Shown in pieces: positions 20,343 to 30,150 of a stretch of DNA of 64,000 bases (positions are counted from its first letter, which is position 1; each line of letters starts with the position of its first letter). A program made the position numbers and the translations under genes. The DNA is from Gammaproteobacteria bacterium (GTDB lineage Bacteria; Pseudomonadota; Gammaproteobacteria; Natronospirales; DASSBR01): the NCBI GenBank assembly GCA_035701285.1, contig DASSNT010000032.1, positions 2,284 to 66,283 of the forward strand. Reading direction: 5' to 3'. The notes beneath the pieces are model-generated. The model was not told the DNA's origin and made no database searches. It saw only the letters and a list, made by a program, of their open reading frames with translations.

Positions 20343-21067
20343 TAGTGTGCGCGGTGTGCCTGGCGCGGCATGGCGCCCGGCAGTTCGCGGGCGGCGACGA
20401 AAGCCAGGTAGCCGATATACCCGCCGGAGATGACATCGCCGAGAAAGTGATATTCGGAGACGACTAGCGCGGCCGCGAGCGCGCAGATGGCGAGCCAGCC
20501 CAACGGCCGCAATCGCGGATAGTAGTGCATGACGGCGAACGCGAGGGCGCAGGCAATGGCCATGTGGCCGGAGGGAAAGCCGAAGAAGTTGTCGCCGGCG
20601 CTGAGCCAGCGAAACTCGAAATGATACGGGTGGTCGAGCCAGTAGCGGGTGTTGACGCGGCCGAAGACAGCCTTGAGCAGGTCTTTGGCCGTGTAGCTGA
20701 ACGGCAGGGCGGTGCCGATGACCTGCAGCAGGCAGACGAAGCGCCACCCGGCGTGCCGGCGCCGGAGGATGACGTAGCCGATCCAGCTGACGACGGTGAT
20801 AATGGCGACGAAGACGTCGAGCAGATCGGGGAACTCCATTTCGGTGACGAAGCCGGCGCCGCTTTCGCTCAGACTGCCGGCAACGAACTGGGCGAGCGGC
20901 AGGTCGATCCACGCGACCGCAATGGCAGTGGCGGCCGTAACGACGAGCAGTAGTGCCAGCATACGCGGCCAGTCGCGCAGCACCAGCGACCGCGCGTTTT
21001 CCGGGGGCGGCGGGTAGTCGGACGACCGCGTGATACTATCCAGGTGAATTCTTTCTTCAGCTTCCAT
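20336..21067 (-). CDS. PAP2-family phosphatase (membrane)
   Basis: 243 aa. Multiple TM segments. PAP2 motifs FPSGHMA and SEYHFLGDV. Confidence 0.8.
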   Translation of the reverse strand: MEAEERIHLDSITRSSDYPPPPENARSLVLRDWPRMLALLLVVTAATAIAVAWIDLPLAQFVAGSLSESGAGFVTEMEFPDLLDVFVAIITVVSWIGYVILRRRHAGWRFVCLLQVIGTALPFSYTAKDLLKAVFGRVNTRYWLDHPYHFEFRWLSAGDNFFGFPSGHMAIACALAFAVMHYYPRLRPLGWLAICALAAALVVSEYHFLGDVISGGYIGYLAFVAARELPGAMPRQAHRAHYY

Positions 21068-21896
21068 GCGCAGGATTACGATGACTGAGGTCGCCCCTTA
21101 TAAGGTGCGTGAGCCGACCGCCGAGGAAAAACGGGTGGTGGTCAGCATTCCGCATACCGGTACTTATGTTCCCGACGATATTGCGGCCAGTTTTGCGTCC
21201 GATGCGATTCGTTCGCTGCCGATGACGGACTGGCATCTGCATCATTTATACGATTTTCTTCCGCGTCTCGGTGTCACCACACTATACGCGACCTGGAGCC
21301 GATTTGTCGCCGATTTGAACCGTCCGCCAACGGACCAGCCGTTGTATCCGGGTCGCTTCGAGACCGGAATCGTGGCGGAGAAGACGTTCTGGGGCGATAC
21401 GATTTATGCGCAGGCGCCCGAGGCGGCCGAGGTCGAGCGGCGCAAGCGGCAGGTGCATGAGCCGTATCACCGGAAGCTTGCGGAGATTCTGGACGCGAAG
21501 CGGGAGAAGTTCGGACGCGTGGTGTTGATCGATGCGCACAGTGTCGCGTCGCGAGCCAGCTTGTTGCACGGGGAGTTGGAAAAAGAAATTTACCTTGGCA
21601 ATCGGGATGGCGTGACCTGCGGCGACTGGCTGATCGATCATGTTGCGGAGCGCTTTGGCGATGCCGGCCTGGCGGTGTCGTACAACGATCCGTACAAGGG
21701 CGGTTACATTACCGACCATTACGGCCGGCTGGAGGGTGTTGAGGCGTTGCAGATAGAAATGGCCGAGCGGATTTATATGGACGAGGATGATCCGCAGGCG
21801 GCGCTGTCCGATCCGAAATTCGAGAAGACGCGCGGGGTGTTGCGCGATTTGTTTGCTTCTTTGTTGTTGCAGGCGGAAGAGAAGATTCGCTCCTGA
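21066..21896 (+). CDS. hutG: N-formylglutamate amidohydrolase
   Basis: 276 aa, FGase family (VVSIPHTGTYVP, LIDAHS). The start may be the ATG at 21081. Confidence 0.85.
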   Translation: MRRITMTEVAPYKVREPTAEEKRVVVSIPHTGTYVPDDIAASFASDAIRSLPMTDWHLHHLYDFLPRLGVTTLYATWSRFVADLNRPPTDQPLYPGRFETGIVAEKTFWGDTIYAQAPEAAEVERRKRQVHEPYHRKLAEILDAKREKFGRVVLIDAHSVASRASLLHGELEKEIYLGNRDGVTCGDWLIDHVAERFGDAGLAVSYNDPYKGGYITDHYGRLEGVEALQIEMAERIYMDEDDPQAALSDPKFEKTRGVLRDLFASLLLQAEEKIRS

Positions 21897-21910
21897 CAGG
21901 TTATCGTAGG

Positions 21911-21987
21911 GGCGGCGGTGTGGGGACTTCTTTCAGGGACGGCATCCTGCCTCACACAGCCCTGAAAGAAGTCCCCACACCACCGCC
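21911..21987 (+). repeat. REP-like hairpin element, copy A (short form); probable hutG terminator or stabiliser
   Basis: 28-nt arms GGCGGCGGTGTGGGGACTTCTTTCAGGG and CCCTGAAAGAAGTCCCCACACCACCGCC (1 mismatch) around the 21-nt loop ACGGCATCCTGCCTCACACAG. The loop matches the distal part of copies B and C. Confidence 0.75.
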
Positions 21988-22004
21988 TCAGCCGTTATAG
22001 TTTT

Positions 22005-22142
22005 CCCGAATCCCCGAATCCCCGAATCCCCGAATCCCCGAATCCCCGAATCCCCGAATCCCCGAATCCCCGAATCCCGAATCCCGAATCCCGAATCCCG
22101 AATCCCGAATCCCGAATCCCGAATCCCGAATCCCGAATCCCG
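22005..22142. repeat. Tandem micro/minisatellite: 1 x CCCGAAT, 8 x CCCCGAAT, 9 x CCCGAAT, plus a partial unit
   Basis: Counted directly. Octamers occupy 22012-22075 and heptamers 22076-22138. The array ends 3 nt from the stop codon of the minus-strand methyltransferase gene. Confidence 0.95.
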
Positions 22143-22145
22143 TTC

Positions 22146-23033
22146 TTACTCCGGCTTCACGAACTTCAACGTCATCCGGTCGCTTTCGCCAATGTGGTCA
22201 AACACCGGCGGCACGATTTCTCCGATCCTCTTCATCATTTCGACCATGCGCTTGTTCTCGTCCGTTTCTTCGGGCAGCTTCGGCGCATGCGCGATGGCGC
22301 GGCTCGGCGGCAGCAGGTGAATGCTCATCGTGCGCGGATCGGCCGGGTTGGCATTGACGCGGGAGACCGCCGCCAGCTTGAAGCCGACATCCTGCGCCAG
22401 ATTGATGACGTAGGCTTCAGGCAGCCGGTGCAGCTTGCTGGCGTCTTCCGCCGCGTCGGTGTTGGGGTTGGCGCGATGCGCGACGACGCCGAAAACGCCA
22501 CCCGGCTTGAGCGCCTTGTAAGCCGCTTGAAACACTGATTTCAGCGTCCCTTCCGCTTGCCAATCGTGCGCGTTGCGGAAGGTCAGCACCATGTCGACGC
22601 TATTGGCCGGTGCGAGATCGGTCTGCTCGGGCGGCAGGAAAGATACGACCTTGACCTTGCCGTAGGCATCGGAATTGTCTTTGAGCTTCTGGCGGTAGCT
22701 TTTGGCCATTCGGCGCAGGAACTCGCTTTCGCTGTCGAGCGGCGGCGCGGCGGCGATGAGCTCGCCCCCGTCCTTGAGGTACGGGGCGAGGATTTCCGTG
22801 TACCAGCCGCCGCCCGGCTGCAGTTCGACCACCGTCATGTCCGGCTTCAGGCCGAAGAATTCGAGCGTCTGGTGCGGGTGGCGGTATTTGTCGCGCAGCT
22901 TGTGCTCGGCGCTGCGCTGCGGGCCCTGGATCACGTCGGACAGGGCGTCGGGCTGGTAGTATTGCTGTGCCGATGCGAGTTCCGGAATGAATGCCAGTGA
23001 AAGCATCGCAAGCAGGGACAGGGCAATTTTCAT
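22146..23033 (-). CDS. Class I SAM-dependent methyltransferase-fold protein with an N-terminal signal peptide
   Basis: 295 aa. Signal peptide MKIALSLLAMLSLAFIPELASA. Motif-I-like VVELQPGGGWYTEIL. Confidence 0.7.
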   Translation of the reverse strand: MKIALSLLAMLSLAFIPELASAQQYYQPDALSDVIQGPQRSAEHKLRDKYRHPHQTLEFFGLKPDMTVVELQPGGGWYTEILAPYLKDGGELIAAAPPLDSESEFLRRMAKSYRQKLKDNSDAYGKVKVVSFLPPEQTDLAPANSVDMVLTFRNAHDWQAEGTLKSVFQAAYKALKPGGVFGVVAHRANPNTDAAEDASKLHRLPEAYVINLAQDVGFKLAAVSRVNANPADPRTMSIHLLPPSRAIAHAPKLPEETDENKRMVEMMKRIGEIVPPVFDHIGESDRMTLKFVKPE

Positions 23034-23155
23034 TGCGACCTCCTTGTTGTCGAACCGGGCGATCCGGCTCGGATTTGGGCGTGGTCTATGTCAAAATACA
23101 CTGTTTTTGCCTGCCGGCAAATCCGGCGAGCCTTCTTTCGCTTGACGATAATTCA

Positions 23156-23890
23156 ATGAGCCACGAAAAGTTCAGTCTGGTCCTGCAGTCCAGCCGCATG
23201 GTGACGCCGCGCGTGCGGCAACTTGGTTTCGTTCGCGAGGACGGGCAGCCGCTAGAGTACGTCTCGGGGCAGTTCATCACGCTGCACCTGCCTTACGAGG
23301 ACATGGTGCTGCGGCGCAGCTACAGCATCGCGACGATGCCGGGCAGCGACGAGGAAATTCGCATTGCAGCGACCTACGTGCCCGACGGGCGCGCGACCAA
23401 GCTGTTGTTCGCCATGGAGCCGGGCGACAAAGTCGAGGCGACAGGGCCGTTCGGGCGCTTTGTGCTGCGGGAGGATCCGCCGGCGCGCTACATTCTGGTC
23501 GCGACCGGTACCGGCGTGTCGCCGTACCGCGCGATGCTGCCGCGTTTACGCGAGCGGCTGGAGGCCGAGGGTTGTTCGGCGCTGCTGCTGCTGGGCGTGC
23601 GCGGCCCGGACGAGCTGCTGTTTGGTGAGGATTTTCTGGAGTTTTCCGAAGGCCAGAAGGGGTTCGAGTTCGTGGCCTGTTACAGCCGCCACATGCCCGA
23701 CTCGCCGGGGCCACACGAGCGTAGCGGCTATGTGCAGAGCACGCTGCAGGAACTGGCCGTGGATCCGGAGCGGGATATCGTTTATCTGTGCGGCAACCCG
23801 GACATGATCGACGCGGCAGTCAACGATCTGAAGGAAAAGGGCTTTCAGAACCCCCGCTTGCGGCGCGAGAAATACGTCTCGTCGAACTAG
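23156..23890 (+). CDS. fpr: Ferredoxin-NADP+ reductase
   Basis: RSYSIA FAD-binding motif, GTGVSPYRAM NADP motif and a C-terminal YVSSN. The start is set at ATG 23156 (MSHEKF). Confidence 0.85.
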   Translation: MSHEKFSLVLQSSRMVTPRVRQLGFVREDGQPLEYVSGQFITLHLPYEDMVLRRSYSIATMPGSDEEIRIAATYVPDGRATKLLFAMEPGDKVEATGPFGRFVLREDPPARYILVATGTGVSPYRAMLPRLRERLEAEGCSALLLLGVRGPDELLFGEDFLEFSEGQKGFEFVACYSRHMPDSPGPHERSGYVQSTLQELAVDPERDIVYLCGNPDMIDAAVNDLKEKGFQNPRLRREKYVSSN

Positions 23891-23902
23891 GCACGCGCAA
23901 CG

Positions 23903-24103
23903 TCACCGGTTCCGACGCTTTCGCATTTTTGTCCAGACGAGGATCGACACTGCCGGCAACACGATGCCGCCGCCGACAAAGATGCCGCCCATGTACCACC
24001 CCAGGCGCGGGTCGTGGGGCGGAATGCCCGCCGCGGCGCAGATGACGATGGCCAGGCCCGCCCACAGCGCCGCCCACAGCAGCGGAACAATCAGCAGCAG
24101 CAT
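23903..24103 (-). CDS. Small two-TM membrane protein, unknown function
   Basis: 66 aa with two hydrophobic helices and a basic tail (KMRKRRNR). Lies 7 nt downstream of the preceding minus-strand ORF. Confidence 0.5.
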   Translation of the reverse strand: MLLLIVPLLWAALWAGLAIVICAAAGIPPHDPRLGWYMGGIFVGGGIVLPAVSILVWTKMRKRRNR

Positions 24104-24109
24104 TGGCGA

Positions 24110-24598
24110 TTAGAACGGGTTGTCGACCTGGACGTCGCGTTCGCGCAGTTCGTGCACGAACGCCTCAATGCGCTCCGCTGGCACACCCGTCAAGTTCACC
24201 ATCAGCACGCCGCGCCGCAGCCGGTTCGGCACGCTCTGTCGGCGCGTTTCGATCGACACCCGCTTGATCTGGTCGAGCGCGTAAGCGCGTGTGCCCAGCG
24301 AGAGTCCCCGCGGGTCTGATAGCGTGAGCATGTGTCCCGAGAGGCGGGCGGCCGGTTGCCGAATCAGCTTCACGCCAAGCGCACCGACGACCAGCCCGGC
24401 GACGAATGCCAGCACGGCCCAGCCGGGAAAGCTGGTGTAGAGCGCCAGCATGTAGGCGCCCGCAAATAAAATGGCGGCGCCGATCAGCCAGGGGTACATG
24501 CGCTTCTGGTCTCGAAAGAATACTTCTGCAGGTCTGTCGGGCATTGATCTTGTCCTTGGTCTTGCCGTCATTATCGGGCCCGCCACCGGCGGATGCAA
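24110..24598 (-). CDS. Membrane protein, unknown function (two TM helices plus a soluble C-terminal domain)
   Basis: Up to 162 aa. The start is uncertain; internal ATGs at 24571 (MTARPR) and 24544 (MPDRPAEV) are possible. Located downstream of nth on the same strand. Confidence 0.5.
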   Translation of the reverse strand: MHPPVAGPIMTARPRTRSMPDRPAEVFFRDQKRMYPWLIGAAILFAGAYMLALYTSFPGWAVLAFVAGLVVGALGVKLIRQPAARLSGHMLTLSDPRGLSLGTRAYALDQIKRVSIETRRQSVPNRLRRGVLMVNLTGVPAERIEAFVHELRERDVQVDNPF

Positions 24599-24605
24599 AG
24601 GCTGC

Positions 24606-25244
24606 TTACAGGTCGACCGTCTTGTGTCGGTACTCGCACAGGTCGGCGATCACGCAACGCGGGCATTTCGGCTTGCGCGCGACACAGGTGTAGCGGCCGT
24701 GCAGGATGAGCCAGTGGTGCGCGTTCGGCTTGTATTCGTCCGGCACGAACTTCAGTAGTGCCTTTTCGACGGCGAGCGGCGTCTTGCCCGGGGCGAGGCG
24801 GGTGCGGTTGGCGACCCGGAAGATATGCGTGTCGACGGCAATTGTCGGCTCGCCGAAGAGCGTGTTGAGAATGACATTGGCGGTCTTGCGGCCGACGCCG
24901 GGCAGTGCTTCCAGTTCCGCCCGGGTGTTCGGCACCTGGCCGTCGTGGCGGTCGAGCAGCAGCTCCGACATCGCGATGACGTTTTTCGCCTTGTTGTTAT
25001 ACAGGCCGATGGTGTTGATGTATTCCTTTAGCGCGTCTTCGCCGAGCGTCACCATCTGCTTTGGTGTACTGGCTACCTTGAAGAGTTTGGCGGTGGCGGC
25101 GTTGACGCCCCGGTCGGTGGCCTGGGCCGACAGGATGACGGCGACCAGCAGTTCATAGTCGTTGTTATAGACCAGCTCGGTGGTCGGCGCGGGGATCGCT
25201 TCCTGCAGCCGCTTGAAGATTTCCCGGCGCTTCGCTGCGTTCAT
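24606..25244 (-). CDS. nth: Endonuclease III
   Basis: 212 aa. HhH-GPD ([13 protein letters not shown]) and a C-terminal 4Fe-4S cluster loop ([17 protein letters not shown]). Confidence 0.95.
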   Translation of the reverse strand: MNAAKRREIFKRLQEAIPAPTTELVYNNDYELLVAVILSAQATDRGVNAATAKLFKVASTPKQMVTLGEDALKEYINTIGLYNNKAKNVIAMSELLLDRHDGQVPNTRAELEALPGVGRKTANVILNTLFGEPTIAVDTHIFRVANRTRLAPGKTPLAVEKALLKFVPDEYKPNAHHWLILHGRYTCVARKPKCPRCVIADLCEYRHKTVDL

Positions 25245-25912
25245 GCCCGGTCCTTTCCGCGCCGGGCGCGGACCTCGGCGACCATGGCTTTGATTTCGCT
25301 CCGCCGGGCCGCCGCCGTCCGGGCGATCTGGTTATCCCGCCGCCGGTTTTCGCGCGCCGCGTGCTCGGCCGTCAGCCGTGCCGCGCGCGCCTCGACACGA
25401 TGACGGGCATGGTCTGCTGCCTGGCGATCGGCCGGCGGCACGTGTCGGCGACGCAGGGCTTCGATGGCGTCGTCGGCCGCGGGTTCGCCAGCCGCTGCCG
25501 TGCGGGCTTTCGCGGGAACCATGTCGATACAGTCGACCGGGCAGGGCGGCAGGCACAGCTCGCAGCCGGTGCATTCCGCGGCGATCACCGTGTGCATCAG
25601 CTTGGCCGCGCCGACAATGGCATCGACCGGGCAGGCCTGGATGCAGCGGGTGCAGCCAATGCAGGTGTCTTCGTCGATGACAGCGACAGTGGGCGTCAGC
25701 GTTTCACCGCACGCCGGGTCGAGCGGTTTCGGATCGCGGCCGGTAAGTTCGGCCAGCGCGGCAATGGCGGTGTCGCCGCCCGGCGGGCAGCGATTAATGT
25801 CGGCTTCGCCACGGGCGATGGCCTCGGCATACGGCCGGCAGCCGGCGTAGCCGCAGCGCTCGCACTGCGTCTGTGGCAGCAGCCGGTCGATGTCGTGCGC
25901 GGTGGGCTTCAA
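25241..25912 (-). CDS. RnfB/RsxB-like ferredoxin (orphan)
   Basis: 223 aa. N-terminal Cys cluster ([13 protein letters not shown]...CPPGG), two 4Fe-4S motifs ([24 protein letters not shown]) and an Arg-rich tail. ATGA overlap with nth. Confidence 0.8.
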   Translation of the reverse strand: MKPTAHDIDRLLPQTQCERCGYAGCRPYAEAIARGEADINRCPPGGDTAIAALAELTGRDPKPLDPACGETLTPTVAVIDEDTCIGCTRCIQACPVDAIVGAAKLMHTVIAAECTGCELCLPPCPVDCIDMVPAKARTAAAGEPAADDAIEALRRRHVPPADRQAADHARHRVEARAARLTAEHAARENRRRDNQIARTAAARRSEIKAMVAEVRARRGKDRA

Positions 25913-25919
25913 TGGCGCC

Positions 25920-27932
25920 TTACTTGACCTTCATGCCCGGCTTCGACCCGGCATCCGGTTCGAGCACGAAGACATCCTTGCCACCGGGGCCGGCAGCCAG
26001 CACCATGCCTTCCGACACGCCGAAGCGCATCTTGCGCGGCGCGAGGTTTGCGACCAGCACGACCAGGCGGTCTTTCAGCGCGTCCGGTTCGTAGGCGGCC
26101 TTGATGCCGGCGAACACGGTGCGCGTGCCCAGCTCGCCGACGTCGAGCGTCAGCTTGAGCAGCTTGTCGGCGCCTTCGACATGCTCCGCATTGGCGACGC
26201 GCGCCACGCGCAGATCGATCTTCGCGAAGTCGTCGATGTTGATTTCGGCGGCATCCGATTTCGCTTTCGCCGCGGCCGGCTGCTTTTGCAGGTCTTCTCT
26301 GGAGGCGTCGATCATCGCCTGGATATCCTTCTGGTCAATGCGCTGCATCATCGGTTTGAACGGGTTGATCTGCGTGCCGAGCAGCGGTGTGTCGAGGTCC
26401 GTCCAGCGGAACGGCTCAACGTTCAGAAATTCCGCGGCCTTTTCGGCCAGGGCCGGCAGCACCGGCGCAAGATAAATCGCCAGCACGCGGAACAGGTTGA
26501 GTGCCTGCGTGCAGACCGCCTGCACCTGCTCGGCGTTGGCCAGGTCCTTGTTCAGCTTCCACGGTTTGTGCTCGTCAACAAAGGCATTGGCGCGATCGGC
26601 CAGTGCCATCACTTCGCGCACCGCGCGCGAGAACTCTCGGTTTTCGTAAGCCGAGGCAATGCTGTCGGCTGCCGCGGTGAAATCGTCGTACAGCGCCGGC
26701 TCCATCAGCGTGTCGGCCAGGCGGCCATTCGAGCCTTTATGAATGAACCCGGCCGAGCGGCTGGCGATATTGACCAGCTTGCCGACCAGGTCGCTGTTGA
26801 CGCGCTGGCGGAAGTCCTCAAGGCTGAGATCGATGTCGTCGAGACCCGGCCCGAGCTTGGCCGCAAAGTAGTAGCGCAGATACTCGGGATCGAGATGGTC
26901 GAGATACGTCCGCGCCTGGATGAACGTGCCGCGCGACTTCGACATCTTCTTGCCGTCGACTGTCAGGAAGCCATGCGCAAATACCGCACTCGGCGTGCGG
27001 AACCCGGCGGCGGACAACATCGCCGGCCAGAACAGCGCGTGAAAATAGATGATGTCCTTACCGATAAAATGGTATAGCTCGGCCTGGCTTTCCGCGTCCC
27101 AGAACGCGTCGAAATCCAGTTCCGGCGTGCGATTGCAGAGATCCCTGAAGCTCGCCATGTAGCCGATCGGTGCGTCCAGCCAGACGTAAAAGTACTTGCC
27201 GGGCGCATCGGGAATCTCGAAGCCGAAGTAGGGCGCGTCGCGGGAAATGTCCCAGTCCTTCAGGCCCGCCTCGAACCACTCATCGAGCTTGCGGCGCACG
27301 CTCTCGTGGACGTGGCCTCCACGGGTCCAGTCCTTCAGCATGGCCTCGAAATCGGCGAGCTGCACGAAGTAATGCACCGATTCCTTCTCGATCGGTGTCG
27401 TGCCGGAAACGACGGAGACCGGATTCTTCAGTTCGCTGGGCGAATAGGTCGCGCCGCAGTTTTCGCAGGAGTCGCCGTACTGGTCGGCCGCGCCGCAGCG
27501 CGGGCACTCGCCGCGAATGAACCGGTCCGGCAGGAACATCTGCTTTTCGACGTCGTAGGCCTGCGATATCGTGCGCTCGACAACGTGGCCGCCGTTCTTC
27601 AGGCCCTGGTAAATGCGGTTGGCGAGTTCCCGGTTTTCGGGAGAATGCGTCGTGTAATAATTGTCGAAGCCGATCATGAAGTCGGCGAAGTCGCGGCGAT
27701 GCTCGCGGTCCGAGCGCTCGATCAACGCTTCCGGTGTGATACCTTCCTGTTGTGCCTTGAGCATGATCGGCGTGCCGTGGGCGTCGTCGGCGCAGACGAA
27801 ATGGCAACGTGAGCCGAGCAGCTTCTGAAAGCGCACCCAGATGTCGGTCTGGATGTATTCGAGCATGTGGCCGATGTGGATCGAGCCGTTGGCGTAGGGC
27901 AGGGCAGCGGTGACAAGAATGTCGCGAGGCAT
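25920..27932 (-). CDS. metG: Methionine--tRNA ligase
   Basis: 670 aa. HIGH (SIHIGHMLE), KMSKS (KKMSKSRG), a Zn knuckle ([18 protein letters not shown]) and a C-terminal tRNA-binding domain. Confidence 0.95.
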   Translation of the reverse strand: MPRDILVTAALPYANGSIHIGHMLEYIQTDIWVRFQKLLGSRCHFVCADDAHGTPIMLKAQQEGITPEALIERSDREHRRDFADFMIGFDNYYTTHSPENRELANRIYQGLKNGGHVVERTISQAYDVEKQMFLPDRFIRGECPRCGAADQYGDSCENCGATYSPSELKNPVSVVSGTTPIEKESVHYFVQLADFEAMLKDWTRGGHVHESVRRKLDEWFEAGLKDWDISRDAPYFGFEIPDAPGKYFYVWLDAPIGYMASFRDLCNRTPELDFDAFWDAESQAELYHFIGKDIIYFHALFWPAMLSAAGFRTPSAVFAHGFLTVDGKKMSKSRGTFIQARTYLDHLDPEYLRYYFAAKLGPGLDDIDLSLEDFRQRVNSDLVGKLVNIASRSAGFIHKGSNGRLADTLMEPALYDDFTAAADSIASAYENREFSRAVREVMALADRANAFVDEHKPWKLNKDLANAEQVQAVCTQALNLFRVLAIYLAPVLPALAEKAAEFLNVEPFRWTDLDTPLLGTQINPFKPMMQRIDQKDIQAMIDASREDLQKQPAAAKAKSDAAEINIDDFAKIDLRVARVANAEHVEGADKLLKLTLDVGELGTRTVFAGIKAAYEPDALKDRLVVLVANLAPRKMRFGVSEGMVLAAGPGGKDVFVLEPDAGSKPGMKVK

Positions 27933-27948
27933 GGGATTAGCTAGTCGA

Positions 27949-28467
27949 ATGAAACGCGAATTATGCCATAGGGGTTACGGCGGCGTCAGAATGCTCGTCG
28001 GCTTGCTGGGCCTGCTGGCGACGGCGCAGGCGGGCGCCGCTGCCCATGTCGGCGCGCCGTTGCCACCGCTCGAACTGCCGAACGTGAATGGCCAACTGGT
28101 GCCGCTGCGGAGCGATACTGCCAGGCTCACGATCATCAATTTCTGGGCGAGCTGGTGTACGCCCTGCCTTCACGAGATACCGGATCTCGTCAGCGTCTAC
28201 GACCGCTGGCGGCGGCATGGCGTGCGCGTAGTGGGCATTGCGGTGGATTCGGGCACGCCGGAAGAAATCGCCCGATTCGCCAGCGAGCACGGCATCGACT
28301 ATGCGGTGCTGGTTGCCGATACCGGCTGGGTGCGGCAGCACTTCGGGCTAACGGGTATCCCGGTCACGTTGATCGTCGACGGTCGCGGCATCATTCAGGC
28401 GCGGCTGCCGGGGCCGCAAACAGGGGAGCGCTTGACCTACATCATTAGCCGATATTTGCGGCGATGA
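27949..28467 (+). CDS. TlpA/ResA-like periplasmic thiol:disulfide oxidoreductase
   Basis: WASWCTPC thioredoxin motif and a signal peptide ([10 protein letters not shown]). The start is uncertain (27949 or 27991). The longest ORF start (27910) overlaps the metG start region. Confidence 0.75.
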   Translation: MKRELCHRGYGGVRMLVGLLGLLATAQAGAAAHVGAPLPPLELPNVNGQLVPLRSDTARLTIINFWASWCTPCLHEIPDLVSVYDRWRRHGVRVVGIAVDSGTPEEIARFASEHGIDYAVLVADTGWVRQHFGLTGIPVTLIVDGRGIIQARLPGPQTGERLTYIISRYLRR

Positions 28468-28499
28468 TAAACTAGCACCCTTTCAGTCAGGATATTTCA

Positions 28500-29573
28500 A
28501 TGCGATTGACTACCGGCGCGGTGGCGGCGGCGCTGTCTGGCGCCACACCTCCCGATCTCGACGTTGATTTGTCTGCCGCGGTGGACCGTGTCGAGGTCAC
28601 CGAGGGCGGGCGGGCGAACGTCCGGCTCACGCTCGGTTTTCCCGCGGCCGGTATTCGCGACGGTCTGGCGAAATGGGTGGCCGAGCGGCTGGACTCGTCC
28701 GGTTTCCCCGTCGGCACCGTCGAGATCGATTGGGAGATTTCGCCGCACGCGGTGCAGGGTAATTTGCAGCCGCTCAAGGGCGTCAAGAATCTGATCGCGG
28801 TGGCTTCCGGCAAAGGCGGTGTCGGCAAATCGACGGTCGCCGTCAATCTTGCGCTGGCGCTGGCGGCGGAGGGCGCGCGCGTCGGCGTGCTGGACGCCGA
28901 CATCTACGGGCCCAGCCAGCCGCGCATGCTGGGGCTCGAAGGCCAGCGGCCGACCAGCCCGGACGGCAAGCACATCGACCCGCTGGTCGGCCATGGCCTG
29001 CAGTGCATGTCGATCGGCTTCCTCGTCGACCAGGACACGCCGATGATCTGGCGCGGACCGATGGTGACGCAGGCACTGACGCAGTTTCTGAATGATACCA
29101 GCTGGGACAATCTCGACTACCTGATCATCGACATGCCGCCGGGTACCGGCGACATCGCGCTGACGCTTGCGCAGCGCGTGCCGGTCAGCGGCGCGATCAT
29201 CGTCACCACGCCGCAGGACATCGCGCTGCTCGACGCCCGCAAGGGTCTGAAGATGTTCGAGAAAGTGGATGTGAACGTGCTCGGCATCGTCGAAAACATG
29301 AGCACCTATATCTGCCCGAAGTGCGGCCACGAAGAAGCCATCTTCGGCGAGGGCGGCGGCAAGCGGCTCGCCGACGAGAACGACACCCCGCTGCTGGGCA
29401 CGCTGCCGCTGGACCTGCGGATTCGCGAGCAGGCCGACAGCGGCCGCCCCACAGTCGTCGCCGAACCTGACGGCGACATCGCGAGAGCGTACCGCGCGCT
29501 CGCGCGCCGCGCCGCAGCCGAACTGGCGCAGACCGCGCCGGCGGCATTTCCGAATATCGTCGAGGAAGATTAA
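28500..29573 (+). CDS. apbC: Fe-S cluster carrier ATPase ApbC/Mrp
   Basis: 357 aa. [10 protein letters not shown] deviant Walker A and the CPKCGH CxxC motif. Confidence 0.9.
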   Translation: MRLTTGAVAAALSGATPPDLDVDLSAAVDRVEVTEGGRANVRLTLGFPAAGIRDGLAKWVAERLDSSGFPVGTVEIDWEISPHAVQGNLQPLKGVKNLIAVASGKGGVGKSTVAVNLALALAAEGARVGVLDADIYGPSQPRMLGLEGQRPTSPDGKHIDPLVGHGLQCMSIGFLVDQDTPMIWRGPMVTQALTQFLNDTSWDNLDYLIIDMPPGTGDIALTLAQRVPVSGAIIVTTPQDIALLDARKGLKMFEKVDVNVLGIVENMSTYICPKCGHEEAIFGEGGGKRLADENDTPLLGTLPLDLRIREQADSGRPTVVAEPDGDIARAYRALARRAAAELAQTAPAAFPNIVEED

Positions 29574-30139
29574 TGAGCATCAAGTCGGACAAGTGGATTC
29601 GGCGCATGGCCGAGCAGGAAGGACTTATCGAACCGTTCGAGCCCGGCCAGGTGCGCGCCAACGGCAGCGGCAAGATCGTCTCTTACGGTACCTCGAGCTA
29701 CGGCTACGACGTGCGCTGCGCGAACGAATTCAAGATCTTCACCAACATCAACTCGGCCGTGGTCGACCCCAAAGCCTTCGATGCCAACAGCTTCGTCGAC
29801 TTCAGCGGCCCCGTCTGCATCATTCCGCCGAACTCGTTCGCGCTCGCGCGCACGGTCGAATACTTCCGCATCCCGCGCAACGTGCTGACCGTCTGCCTGG
29901 GTAAATCCACTTACGCGCGCTGCGGAATTATCGTCAACGTGACGCCGCTGGAGCCGGAGTGGGAAGGGCACGTGACGCTGGAGTTTTCGAACACCACTCC
30001 GTTGCCGGCCAGGGTGTACGCCGACGAAGGCGTCGCGCAGATGCTGTTCTTCGAATCGGACGAAGTGTGCGAAACCTCGTACAAGGATCGCGGCGGGAAG
30101 TACCAGGGCCAGCGCGGCGTGACGCTGCCTAAAGCTTAA
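29573..30139 (+). CDS. dcd: dCTP deaminase
   Basis: 188 aa with full-length Dcd similarity ([13 protein letters not shown]..., [17 protein letters not shown]). Confidence 0.95.
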   Translation: MSIKSDKWIRRMAEQEGLIEPFEPGQVRANGSGKIVSYGTSSYGYDVRCANEFKIFTNINSAVVDPKAFDANSFVDFSGPVCIIPPNSFALARTVEYFRIPRNVLTVCLGKSTYARCGIIVNVTPLEPEWEGHVTLEFSNTTPLPARVYADEGVAQMLFFESDEVCETSYKDRGGKYQGQRGVTLPKA

Positions 30140-30150
30140 GGCGGCAGGAA

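Noticed and set aside
22005-22142. Possibility that the 7/8-mer array is a CRISPR array or a coding repeat.
   Set aside because: The units are contiguous with no spacers and far too short for CRISPR repeats. No ORF of meaningful length covers them, and 7/8-nt periodicity is incompatible with coding.
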